A stretch of 64,000 nt of DNA from Mustelus asterias (Eukaryota): NCBI RefSeq assembly GCF_964213995.1, contig NC_135816.1, forward strand, positions 38,192,001 to 38,256,000. Reading direction: 5' to 3'. Positions within the stretch are counted from its first letter, which is position 1, and every line of letters starts with the position of its first letter. A program made the position numbers and the translations under genes. Below, piece after piece: positions 35,094 to 46,590 of the stretch. The notes under the pieces were generated by a model, which made no database searches, was not told where the DNA came from, and saw nothing but the letters and a program-made list of their open reading frames with translations.

Positions 35094-36046
35094 ACAGGAC
35101 ACGGCGGACAGAGTACCCTTCGTCGTCCAGTACTTCCTCGGAGCAGAGAAGCTACGACATCTTCTCCAGAGCCTTCAACATGTCATTGAAGACTACGAAC
35201 ATCTCGCCAAGGCCATCCCCACACCCTCACTTCTTGCCTTCAAACAACCGCACAACCTCAAACAGACCATTGTCCACAGCAAACTACCCAGCCTTCAGGA
35301 GAACTGTGACCACGACACCACACACCCCGGCCACAGCAACCTCTGCAAGACGTGCTGGATCATCAACATGGATGCCATCATCTCACGTGAGAACACCATC
35401 CACCAGGTACACTGTACATACTCTTGCAACTCGGCCAACGTTGTCTGCCTGATACGCTGCAGGAAAAGATGTCCCGAGGCATGGTACATTGGGGAGACCA
35501 TGCAGACGCTACGACAACGGATGAATGACCACCGCTCGACAATCACCAGGCAAGAGAGTGTTCTCTTCCTGTTGGGGAACACTTCAGCGGTCACAGGCAT
35601 TCGGTCTCTGATCTTTGGGTAAGCGTTCTCCAAGGCGGCCTTCACGACACACAACAATGCAGAGTCGCTGAGCAGAGACTGATAGCCAAGTTCCGCACAC
35701 ATGAGGACGGTCTCAACTGGGATCATGTCACACTATCTGTAACCCCCACGACTTGCCTGAGCTTGCAAAATCTCACTAACTGTCCTGGCTGGAGACAATA
35801 CACATCTCTTTAACCTGTGCTTAACCCTCTCTCCACTCACATTGTCTGTACCTTTAAGATTTGATTACCTGTAAAGACTTGCATTCCAACCATTATTTTG
35901 TAAATCGAGTTTGTGTCTTTATAGGCCCTGTTTGTGAACAGAACTCCCACTTACCTGATGAAGGAGCAGCGCTCCGAAAGCTAGTGGCTTTTGCTACCAA
36001 ATAAACCCGTTGGACTTTAACCTGGTGTTGTGAAACTTCTTACTGT
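35094..36046 (+). mobile_element. Penelope-like element 3' part (GIY-YIG), family A
   Basis: CNSANVVCLIRCRKRCPEAWYIGETMQTLRQRMNDHRS; flanked by 10-bp direct repeat GAGAATCCCA (35084-35093 / 36047-36056). Confidence 0.9.
35947..35987 (+). ncRNA. Minimal type-I hammerhead ribozyme motif in the Penelope terminus
   Basis: CCAC-ttac-CTGATGA-A-GGAGC agc GCTCC-GAAA-GC-TA-GTGG: core boxes, stem II hairpin, CCAC/GTGG stem I. Confidence 0.7.
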
Positions 36047-37113
36047 GAGAATCCCATACCACAGTATGTCATGGATAAGATATATTTTGCACAGTTTTGC
36101 CTTGAAAAGTGGCATTATGTAGGTTCCAGAGGAAACTAGCACTCTACTGTATTAAGGCAATCGGCAAGATGAAAACAGAGGCTTTATAGAAGAATCTATT
36201 CGCAACTTCAAGAACCATTCTACAAACTTACATAGAGATCTCATTGCAACAAAGAAAGTCAGTTAAAATTAGCAATCCTGCCTACATCTTCAACACAAAT
36301 ACCACTAAACTACTGTCACCTACAGTGTCTTAATTCCTATTAAACTCCCAAAACTCATTCCTACCAGCTGTTGAACCGTGATGCAAAATCTTAGAAGTAA
36401 TGATCTCTGCAAACAGCCCAATTGCAATTCTAACAACTTATTGATAACGCTACAAAACATATGTGCATCACCATTGTTTGGTTTTCCACTGTTTCCTCTT
36501 GGTGATTGTATGTCATATATCTTATCTTACCAAATTTAGCATTTCATTGTTATCTCAAGGTCAGGAGTGTGCAAAATGTTTCATGACCATAAAATTTGAA
36601 AAACCTCTTGGTTATTCAAATGACTCATCTCTGGCAGCTGGGCCTGAGGTAGACCTGCTACAGACTTCTGCACTTTTGAATCTGCAGGGATACCTGTCCC
36701 CAAGTCGTTACTGGAGTGTTTATGATATTGTAAGATTGTGGAAGGAGCAAATTAGGTCAAAGAGATCATAAATCATGCTCATTGCAGCCATGTTCCTATT
36801 GCTGGGACTGTCTCAGTATGTCTGAGGCAATGATGCACTTCAGCCTCTGGAATGGAGGAATCTGCTGCAAACATCCCTGAACATGCTATATTCTCTGTGA
36901 TGGACTGTGGTAATGTGAACCTGTCATGTAAAGTTGTGCATATTTGGCTAATGAAATAACTACCCTTTAACTTGCTCACAAAACAACCTAAGCTGATGCT
37001 TGTGATATATGCAGTGCAATTGTAGCATGACGGGATGGAGAGGACTCAGGTCCTTCTTTACAGGATACCTCCCTACATGCAACACAGACATTTGGGTCTG
37101 CAGTGCAGACATT

Positions 37114-37770
37114 GGGGCAACACGATGGCACAATGGTTAGCCTCACAGCACCAGGGACCCAGATTCGATTCCCGGCTTGGGTCACTGTCTTTGCGGAGTC
37201 TGCACGTTCTCCCCATGTCTGCATAGATTTCCTCCGGGTGCTCCGGTTTCCTCCCACAGTCCGAAAGACCATAGAACCCCTACAGTGCAGAAAGAGGCCA
37301 TTCGGCCCATCGAGTCTGCACCGACAACAATCCCACCCAGGCCCTATCCCCATATCCCTACATATTTACCTGCTAATCCCCCTCACCCTCATATTTACCC
37401 GCTAGTCTATGCATCCCGGGACATTAAGGGGCAATTTAACTTGGCCAATCAACCTAACCCACACATCTTTGGACTGTGGGAGGAAACCGGAGCACCCGGA
37501 GGAAACCCACACAAACACGGGGAGAATGTGCAAACTCCGCACAGACAGTGACCCGAGCAGAGAATCGAACCCAGGTCCCTGGAGCTGTGAAGCAGCAGTG
37601 CTAACTACTATGCTACCGTGCCGCCCCCATGCTGGTCAGATGCATTGGCTATGCTAAATTCTCTGTGCACCCGAACAGGCGCTGGAGTGTGGTGACTAGG
37701 GGATTTTCACAGTAACTTCATTGTTTGACAGTGTTCATGTAAGTCTACTTGTGACACCAATAATAAATAT
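37114..37770 (+). mobile_element. HE1-like SINE with a second HE1-like copy inserted in reverse orientation (~37268-37627)
   Basis: Plus-strand head at 37114 breaks at ..ccgaaaga and resumes at 37628 with gctggtcagatgcattgg. Confidence 0.85.
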
Positions 37771-39069
37771 AAAATTTTTGTTCAGCAGATTACCAAGATT
37801 GGCTTCTCAGAAATCCGCTATTTAAATATATATTCCGACCTACAGGGCTAGTCCCAAGGTACAGAGTTTTAGGGGAAAAAAATCAGAACTCCGTTTTCAG
37901 TCAGTGAGAGTGGGACCTGACCCCAGTGCTGTGATTGGAGTAGTGAGTATGAGGGGGACACAATCTGTGATTTGCTGCTCCTCCAATCAAATTCTGTCTC
38001 TCCAATGCTGTTTGCTTCAGCTCCTTGTTCACAAGTTTCCTCCCTTCTGCATTTGCTGCTCTTCCTGAGATAGAACTTTTGATGAATGGGAGAGAAGGGA
38101 CCTGTGATTGGAGGAGCTGGAGCAGCAGCATGGGAGATTCCAGGTGACTGTGGTCTCAACTACATCCTGCTCTCGACATCAGTCACTGCATTACACCACC
38201 TCTAGCTCAGTCCATTCAGGATCCCACTATCCAAGCGCCCAGTGCTGCAACCCCAGCTTGCTGGTGCCTGAGCTCCTACCTCCCAGGGAGGCTCTCACAG
38301 TTTGCTGGTGATGTGGACTTAAGTGGTATGGGCCTAGCTGCTGCTGCGGCCATCCACTGATAAGACCAGCAAGGAGTCGCTGAATCTGGGCAAGGTTGAG
38401 AATTCCACATTGGGGAGGGCTTATAGAAGGAAGAGGAGATAAGTGAGTGGGACTGGATGGGGAGTGAGGGAAAGATTGTGTCTGTGAGGTGGGTGGGAAG
38501 GGAGGCAAGTGTTGCCTGAGTGGGCAGTAGCAGAAGAAGGGAAGGGTTGAGCGAGTGGGGAGGGTGGAGACATGGAAACCGATGGAAAAATTGAACTAGT
38601 GGGAGGCAAACGTAGGGTCGAGTGAGCACGGGTGATGAGAACAGTTAAAGTGAGTGGGGGTGGGTGGAGGAAGGGCATGAACAGAGTGAGGGAAAAAGGG
38701 TTTGGGAAGAGGGCTGCCAAGTGAGTGAATGAGTGGTGGCAGAAGATGGGTGTGTTTTTGTGATAGGGAAATAGGAGCTGATTACAACACGTTTGGTAGG
38801 GGAAGGAGACAGTTTGGTTGAAAAACTTACATGAGTACATAAAATATTTTTATAAAGTACTTTATAAACAGACTTTCATATTTAAATGTTGTATTATTTA
38901 TGATGTGGTCTTTTCTGAATGTTACTATGCTGCTGTTTTGCATTTTCTTTGCTGGCACCTAGGTTCATGTTAATTTTCAAGATTTTTTAATGTATTCATT
39001 CATAGGCTATGGGCTGGCAAGACCAGCGTTTGTTGTCTATATCTAATTGCTCTTCAGAAGGTGGTCATT

Positions 39070-39292
39070 TTTAATTTAAAAAAAAAACTCCATCCTTAAA
39101 TTTACAAAGCCAGTGCTCAATGGACCGGTCAAACCCAACTCCATTCCATGCTTGCTCCATAAACCAAATTCAAGATCCCATTGAACCCAATTCAAGGTCT
39201 TCTCAAGAGAGACAAACAAGATCCAAGCTGACAAGATTTAGACATTGCATCTTCTCTTGGGCTTGATCTTAGCCAAAAGGCCAAGAAGAGAG
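39070..39292 (-). pseudogene. U2 snRNA-derived sequence (near-exact 5' 31 nt followed by diverged U2-like body)
   Basis: Minus strand CTCTTCTTGGCCTTTTGGCTAAGATCAAG vs U2 5' end CGCTTCTCGGCCTTTTGGCTAAGATCAAG. Confidence 0.8.
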
Positions 39293-39559
39293 GAGTTAAA
39301 ATGCAGTCATGTTGGAAAATAGTGCCACGTTCCTTTGCTTCACATGATGTTCTGTTAGTGCATGTTATTCAGAATGACATCCATGTTAACTGCACTGAAT
39401 GTGGGGGTCATTTATTACCATCAAGATTGAATCAAAGTAAACAAAAGGAGAAACTAATAATTCCACCCACGATGTCTAATAATTACACCTACTTCGACTG
39501 ACCTAGAAGTATTTGCATTTCACTACAGATTATTTATTCCTCGTCACAAAAAATGTTTT

Positions 39560-40500
39560 TGTCTTTGGCCATTAATTCTCAGATGAGAGAGTTTGGTTAC
39601 TTCCACCCGAGTGTAGCTAGCATACCTTTGTTGGTGCAACAATCTTTTGTCCTGTGGACATGCTCAAGCTAGCAAAGCCTTTGCTTGATTTAGTATTAGC
39701 ATCTTGGCATGTTTACCTTAAAATGGACTGCTTTGTTGGTGACTTCACCTTTTCATGTGATCTCAGGGATCCATCATAGACATTGGAGATGGAAGAGATT
39801 GAGCCTTTTTTTTTCCTCTTGGTAGGTGCAAGCTTTCTAGGCTTTACTGCCATAGAGAAAATCAGATGTCCTCCTGGTATCCTATTAGGCTGCTCCTGCT
39901 CATTGCCTTGCTTCCCACAAAAGTATTTGACAGAGTGGTCAAAAAGCAGAACACCACAGTTGATTCATACCCATTCTACTCCCTGATCTTCTGAGCCACG
40001 TACTGGGGGATACAGACCTTAGAAAACATCTTGGTCCTGTGGGTCAGTTTGTGTTCTTCCATGCCTGTTTGTGGCTGCTTTCCTAATGCTGTTACTGAAC
40101 TCTTCATCAAGAGACAGGTTGTTACCACAAATCCAAAATAGCAGAATTTGCTGACTTTTTCCAGTGGTGTGTTGAGTCTGATCACTGGCAGATACGCAAC
40201 ACCTTGTCCCATTACTAGTGTTTTCTTGACAATGTGAGTCATGGAACAGACAATCCATGAACCTCCAGAGCTGGTCTAATGTCTGGGCATCATCAGAATT
40301 CTACACTTTTGCCTTGATAGAATGAGTTTACCATCTGGTCATGGTGGCAGGGAAAACACAAGTCAGGAAGGACAACAGAAAAGGGTTAAGATGCAGGCCC
40401 ATTTGTGATCAAGTGTTTTAGGTAGCTCCCTTGAATGGAAAGCAATGTTATCATAGAAGGACCATATGATACCAGGAGGATATCTGATTCTCTTCTAGGC
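39560..40500 (-). mobile_element. Degenerate RTE-like LINE
   Basis: KKTLVMGQGV..LEKVSKFCYFG and LSLDEEFSNSIRKAAT remnants. Confidence 0.65.
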
Positions 40501-43014
40501 CCATCCTGTTCATTGTCAAATATTTTTGTGGGAAGGTAGAGTGGTTAAAAAGCAGAATACTATAGCTGATTCTATTTCCTGATCTTCTGAGCCATTACTA
40601 TCAGAACTACCCCTCCCATTGTCTTTTTAGACAATGTTCCCCAAACTTGGTCACACTGATTAGGTCTGAACTGTTTAATCTCTTTCTTCACTTCAGATTT
40701 CTAATCTTCTACCTCAACTCCCACTTTGATTTCTGAATGTCAACTTTGTCCTTTCATTTCCTCCTTACTGGGCTGAAGTTCCATTTTGGTACCAGAAAGA
40801 CTCCAATAATTTGTTTAAGTGCATTACAAATACAGACCAGTCAGTATCTGTAAAAAGCGATGATTGATTCATATTTCAGGTGTACCATTCACTTAATATT
40901 TTTTATGAGCCTAAAGGATATTCTATTGGCATTCTTTCATTGAATATCCACACACATCCAATTGCTAACAAGAGTTCCTGAATAACCATTGCCAACAGTC
41001 CTACGCTAGCTGCACTGCAGCCACCTATAGCAGTGTTGATTTGGCCAGACAACAATTGCTATGTACTTCAACATATGTCATGGTGTAATAATTTACCTGT
41101 AATTCCATGTCTACAAGCAGTCATCCATTATTTTACATTTGCAGTATATTAGCCCTAAAATTAGAAGTGGGTGGTATTAGTGAGAGAGAGCTGATGGTCG
41201 TTTGCCATTCTCTTCAATGTATTTAAACTGAAAAAACTTTGAGCGAGAGATAAAAAGGGAAACAAATGGATATATTGTACTCTAAATGCATGTGGATGCT
41301 GTTGTATACAAAATGGAACGTCTGACAAGATACTGATTGATAACGTGTAACATGCATTCTGTAGAAAGCCCAATTGTTTTCTAAACCCGCCTAGAAAATC
41401 ACAAAGGAATGGTCGGTACTATTTGGCAACCGTCACACGCAGCAAACTGAGGAAAAAAAACTAAATCCAATCGTTTAGAATGTATTAATAACTTTTATAC
41501 ATCTCGAGGTTGATCATAATTCAGGAAGGGCGAGTATCATTCTACCCTGATAAAGTAAAATACTGCAGCTGGTCTCTGAGGAGAGAAAAAACGTTTAAAG
41601 TCGAGTCCATGTGACTTTAGCATCGAAGTTAGTTTCAGATGCTGCCAGACCTGCTGAGTTTTTCCAACGTTTGGATAATCAGTTTATTTGGTTAATCGTT
41701 CTACGTGTATACACGCAGCTCCTTTCGGTCTTAAATCCCGATACCTTTCCATTTCAAAATCTGACACTAAATGACTAATGATGCACAACTCCTGAAATAT
41801 GCTAAGCTATTGTTTTTAAAAATTGTGGCAAAAGTAGCATTACATCGCGAACAAGCTGATAGACACAGGAAAAGGTTAACTTGTTATTTTTCTGATCAAG
41901 TTCAAAAGGAATAGCTGTATTCCTTAGAATAATGAAAATGGGTGACTTGTGCTACTTTCCATTTCAAAGTATTGAGACAATTAGATTTACCCGTCAGTAC
42001 ATCCATTGAAATCGAAGATAGAAACGTTACAACTGTGATTCGCTTTGGTTATTTTTTTACACTCGGAGTAGGAAAGCAGTCAGCTATTTGCTTGACAAGA
42101 GGAAAAGTAAACGGTGTAGGGAGAGAGCAGGATTAGGCCAGGTGGCTTTTCGGGGTAGCACCATCATGGAATTGATGAAGCCAAGAACCTGTTCCCATGC
42201 CCTAACGTTTTATGATGCGATTATGCGCGTTGGCGCTCACCAAAGCAGTTAAATAGAAAAGACCAGTTTATTAGTACAAAATTCTGCATTTTTTTCAAAT
42301 AATTCGAGGATAGCACTGTCCTCAAATTGCAACCCTTTAACTAAACTACCTTGCCATCCCTTCAGTTGTCTAAATGGATTGCTCACCCAACATCCAGTAT
42401 ATGAGCAGAAATTTCCTCCAATTAAATAACTACCAACTCCGTCCATCTCTCTGGCAACTATAAGAGGCTGAAACAACCTGTTCGTAACTCCGGTGAGCTT
42501 CAACCACATTATCACCCATTTATACATCAACAGCTCATCTGCTGCTTAATATCTATGTATGTTTTGTTACTTCCAAACTTGACTATTTCCAACACTGCTG
42601 GCTAGCCTTCCGTATTCTCCATAAACGTGTCATCCAAAACTCTGTGTCGTTACTTGCACCAAGCCCTGTTCGAGTTATCATCCGTGCGCTCATGAATCTG
42701 CATCGATTCCCTGTTAAGCAACGCCCAGTTCTCAAGTCTTGTTTCTGCCTGCCATCCTTAACTGGGCACATATTTAGACTAATATCTCATGTGGCTCAGT
42801 GGTCACTGTCTAACGTCCCTGTTAGGCGCCTTTAAACCCGTTAAAGGCCCGAAAGAAATGTTCAAGTGAAACACCTTCAGCTGCCCCAAGATGATGTCGC
42901 TTCTTCAGCCTCCTTGTACTATCCAATATTAAGTTACATCAGCTCTAAACAGTAGGACCCGCTCGAGTTGGTTAAGTTCAGGACAAAATGCAATTTTATA
43001 AATTGGCAAATAAA

Positions 43015-43020
43015 TTTATT
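43015..43020 (-). terminator. Candidate wnt8a polyadenylation signal AATAAA (implies ~0.57 kb AU-rich 3'UTR)
   Basis: First minus-strand AATAAA I found downstream of the stop; an alternative is at 42267-42272. Confidence 0.5.
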
Positions 43021-43581
43021 GGAGAATACGAGTCAATTTTCTAGTCTACTTATCCAGAATGTTACAAAACTGAATGTTCTGCAATTTCGCCCCGACCTTT
43101 GCTCATTATTCGAATAAATCCGAGGAGATGCTCGAATGAAAACAAGTTCTTTACAGCAACTGATGCTACATTACTACCTAAATTCCTAGAAGTGTCCATG
43201 TGCAGTTCCGTAACAGTGCGAACGCTTTTGAACTGGTGCAAAATAACGTTAAAAAATAAGTGCATAAGAAAAATTATAATCGTGCAGAAACAAAATGTGG
43301 AATAAAGTCCCATACCCACTTCCATAAACAAACTGCTGGATTCACAAATATAAACTAAACATTCCTTTAGGTTACTTGCAGACTAGAATTTAAAAATTCG
43401 GCCGTAAAAACTTTCAAAACGAACATTAGTTAAAACTTCTTGCTTCCAAAATGTTGCGCAAAATAATCTGCAAACAGGTCACAAGAACGGTGGGCAGTTT
43501 AGTTAAAAATGAACGCAGTGAGTAGCAAGTCATTGAAGTCTTGCGCCGATTTTAAAACCATTAGAGGAGCTCATGGGTCTC

Positions 43582-44139
43582 TCACCAATTCTGGGCCCGA
43601 TTTTTGCGCTTGTTGAAAGGTCTGTGCCTCTCTCGCCGAGAGCAGTAATGTTTGGTTACGATTTGTTTACATTGCTGACATTTGACAGTACAACACCAGT
43701 GGAACTTGCAATTGCAACTGCTGATGATCTCCGTTTCTCTCTCCTCTGGCTTGAGTCCACACTCTCCACACAACCGCCTGCAGCTCCTCCTCTCCCACTG
43801 GGAGAGATTCTTGCCACTTTGGAGACATTCCCTTCCTTCGGTTCCTTGCAATCCCAGTGTGAAGTTCCGGACGCAGTAATCGGGAGAGTCTTCCAAGTAG
43901 ACAAGTTCTGTCCGTGGCACTGCTCTAAACGCATCCGCTATCGCTGCCCGGTTATCCGCGCTATTCCCTCCTTTCATGCGCCGCTTCTCCAAATCGATCT
44001 TCACAGCTTGTTCGTGTTTCACTTTCAGGAAGTTCCCAATATCTCGAAAATCAGCTAACTGGAGCCAGCAAGTCTGGATACTGCAGCTCCCCGACACGCC
44101 GTGACACTTGCAGGTTCGCTTCATGGTCTCTTTGACAGC
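43582..44139 (-). CDS. wnt8a: wnt8a coding exon 6 (558 nt incl. stop)
   Basis: ccttag|GCTGTCAAAGAGACCATG continues into ORF 43582..44124 (Cys-rich Wnt C-terminus). Confidence 0.96.
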   Translation of the reverse strand, partial: AVKETMKRTCKCHGVSGSCSIQTCWLQLADFRDIGNFLKVKHEQAVKIDLEKRRMKGGNSADNRAAIADAFRAVPRTELVYLEDSPDYCVRNFTLGLQGTEGRECLQSGKNLSQWERRSCRRLCGECGLKPEERETEIISSCNCKFHWCCTVKCQQCKQIVTKHYCSRRERHRPFNKRKNRAQNW

Positions 44140-46521
44140 CTAAGGAACATGAATCCACAACACCATGGCTATAATCAGTGCTCATATTAGATCAAAACAA
44201 CTATTGTAGAATTATACATCAATATAGAATTAATTAGCCTCCATCACTGCCACAAATGGGTTACTGATTTGAGAGGTCAGCGCTGTAGCAAGGGAGGCCT
44301 GGTGCGCGGTAGCCAAGTCACTTATTGGCTAAGTAACAAATGTTTATCCATTGTGCTCGCCCCCATTCCAATCAAGACAAATATTTTATCCAACCGTTTG
44401 TCGCTCAAACGAGTATATACATTGATCTGTAAACTGGAGGTTCCAGGCCTGTTCTTCCCCGAACTGGTTGAGCTTAGTTCAAACTGCAGATCACCAAAAT
44501 GGGCAGGGAGAACAAAGTAGCCGAAAAACCCTTTCCCATCCAGATATCCCGGCTGGAAAGTATATGCATAGATAACAACAATGGTTACAATACACAAGCA
44601 GACCACTCGGACATCGTTTTCTTCCCGGCTCCCTAGAAGCAACTCACCTGGCTCCAACTCTTTTGGATGTACCCAATTCTCTTAATATTTGATTGAATCC
44701 AAAGTCAGACAGTATATTCTAGATCCTAACTACTGACTGGCAAAAGAAGCAAGGGCTTCTTAATGCAATCACCTTAAATCGGTGTCATTTGATTTTTGAT
44801 CCTCCCGCCAAAAAACAGTTTCTCCCCATAAACTATCCCAGACTAATGATTCTGAATGTACCTTCAAAGATTGGTGTCTTCTATCCCCCCCCCCCCGTTT
44901 GCTCAATCTGAAGCACCAGACTACTAACATCCGGAATGTAGCACAAGCTCGTCTTGGGAGGAGTAAGGATTCTGAGGAAACGGGTTCGCCACTGGCTACG
45001 TGGCAGGCAGAAAGGGGGTTGTGTTATTTCACTCCAATCCCGGGAAGGCATTGTTCCTACATCCCGAAAGAAATGGTAACTAGCTACCAAAAGCTGGAAT
45101 GACAGTACGAGTATTTCAGTCTTCAATGAAGACGAATTGCCCATACCTTTATCTATTGCTTTATGGGTGCATACCCACAGTTAGTGTTTCCAAGAATGCA
45201 GCATCCGTGAACATTACGATGGGGTTTATTGATATTAATTTGATGTACTGCAAGTGAAAACATCTGTACAGACGTCAGTAGTCGAATAAATCAGAATAAT
45301 TTAAACGATTTGAAAGCACTTTCATTCACGCATATACTTACCCTTCTTCCGGCTTCGTTATTGTGGAGGTTCATGGCAGCTCTGGAATCCTGCCCGGTCT
45401 CCAAAGCATCGACAAATTGTTTAGAAATTCGTTCTCCAAATTCAACATTATCGCTACAACCACCCCAAACCCAGCCTCGTCCACCTGCAAAAACAGATTT
45501 TCAGACACATCAGGCGCATAAATTACTACGAAATTGACTTGAAATAAACAGCGCGTCTAAAGTGGAACACAATAAATGCCTTTCCTTCAAAATAAACCAA
45601 GGAAGGAACTGAAAAGGTCTGACAAGATTGTCCAACCTACCGGCCTCACCACTTCTTGACTCATCGCATCCGCAGTTGTCGAAATCTCCCATACTGCAGT
45701 TTCTTGTCAGGGTATACATGACACCTGCAGAACTTATTGCATGCACGAAGGATGTTTCTCTAGTAGCTAATAGAAAGCACATTAAAATTAATAACCCGAG
45801 TAAAATGCTACCTTGAAACTGAGTTTGGGCGGAGTTCTTACCGCTCCGAAGACCATTGTGCGTGGAGAGTTGCAGTGCGCTTTCTGGACAATTCCAGCGG
45901 TCCCAGGTGAACTGGTGTTTACATTCGTCAATTCCAGATTCAGCTCCAGCAGCAACACTGCTGGAATAGGTCAGAAATGCCTACCAAAAAAAAAGTAACC
46001 TCAATCCGTTCATCAAATACATCAACATCACCTGTATATTTCTTACAAAGCGACGTGAAGCCAGATTTTTAATGTGATACCTGCAGTTTGATACTAAAGT
46101 TTGTTACTTTTGCGCACGTCTTCCTAAAGTTTAAATGGTTGAAAAAATCGAGACGTTACTGGACGCTTAAAGGGAGACTTGTTTATTCTCAGTAATTGGA
46201 AAATGTTACCAGTTGCTAATGGAAGACATACAGGCAATCCGTGAATCCATTAATGTGTCTAAAATATCATAGATTGAGACTTTAAACTTGTTTGTAGTCT
46301 AAGACAACTTCAGTTTACCTTTGGTCCGGTCATCAAAAAGTTGTTTACCGACCTGTAACAAGAACGCAGCAAGAAGTTTAGTTCTGTATAATGGGAATAC
46401 CCCACTTTGCAGTTAGGCACTGGAATTAAAATGTTTGAAGAGGCTCAACTTACCACAACGCTGTTGGAGTTATGCTACTATAAACCAGTGCAAAGCAAAT
46501 AGTTACTTGGGCGAGATTCAT
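43582..46521 (-). CDS. wnt8a: Wnt8a, complete 6-exon CDS: join(46454-46521, 46319-46352, 45842-45980, 45641-45766, 45342-45484, 43582-44139), 1068 nt / 355 aa
   Basis: Manually spliced; all introns are GT..AG and phases are consistent. Protein: [189 protein letters not shown]...[13 protein letters not shown]. It has the Wnt lipidation motif CKCHGxSGSC. 8a-type segments are [32 protein letters not shown] and [14 protein letters not shown]. Confidence 0.93.
45342..45484 (-). CDS. wnt8a: wnt8a coding exon 5 (143 nt)
   Basis: tttgcag|GTGGACGAGGCTGGGTTTGGGGTGGT = [12 protein letters not shown]...[11 protein letters not shown]|gtaag. Confidence 0.95.
45641..45766 (-). CDS. wnt8a: wnt8a coding exon 4 (126 nt)
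   Basis: Lies within ORF 45510..45782: [36 protein letters not shown]; tag acceptor and gtagg donor. Confidence 0.95.
45842..45980 (-). CDS. wnt8a: wnt8a coding exon 3 (139 nt)
   Basis: T-rich acceptor ggtag|GCATTT...; encodes [46 protein letters not shown]; donor gtaag. Confidence 0.95.
46319..46352 (-). CDS. wnt8a: wnt8a coding exon 2 (34 nt)
   Basis: cag|G TCG GTA AAC AAC TTT TTG ATG ACC GGA CCA AAG|gtaaa = (W)[11 protein letters not shown], the diagnostic Wnt8 N-terminus. Confidence 0.95.
46454..46521 (-). CDS. wnt8a: wnt8a coding exon 1 (68 nt, signal peptide)
   Basis: GCTGCCATG start context; hydrophobic [22 protein letters not shown]; ends TG|gtaag so the Trp codon is completed by the first G of exon 2. 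Confidence 0.88.
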
Positions 46522-46582
46522 GGCAGCGGTGTCTCATTCGCTGAAATAGCTCGAAAGTTGAGGGTTGAGAAAGTTGTTCCAC

Positions 46583-46590
46583 TTTATATA
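46583..46590 (-). promoter_or_regulatory. wnt8a TATA box (TATATAAA)
   Basis: Minus strand ggccTATATAAAgtgg lies about 65 nt upstream of the ATG. Confidence 0.7.

Noticed and set aside
38400-38830. Pro/Ser/Leu-rich minus-strand ORFs
   Set aside because: Low-complexity purine-rich tract, likely the interior of a decayed element
1-41000. Exons of expected syntenic neighbours (nme5 downstream; fam13b on the other side)
   Set aside because: I could not find peptide motifs of either by eye; small exons could be missed, and tblastn would settle it
41300-43580. Second tandem Wnt8 ORF, as in the teleost bicistronic wnt8a locus
   Set aside because: No Wnt-like exon or ORF is recognisable downstream of the stop codon
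43573-44058. 161-aa plus-strand ORF
   Set aside because: Antisense shadow of wnt8a exon 6
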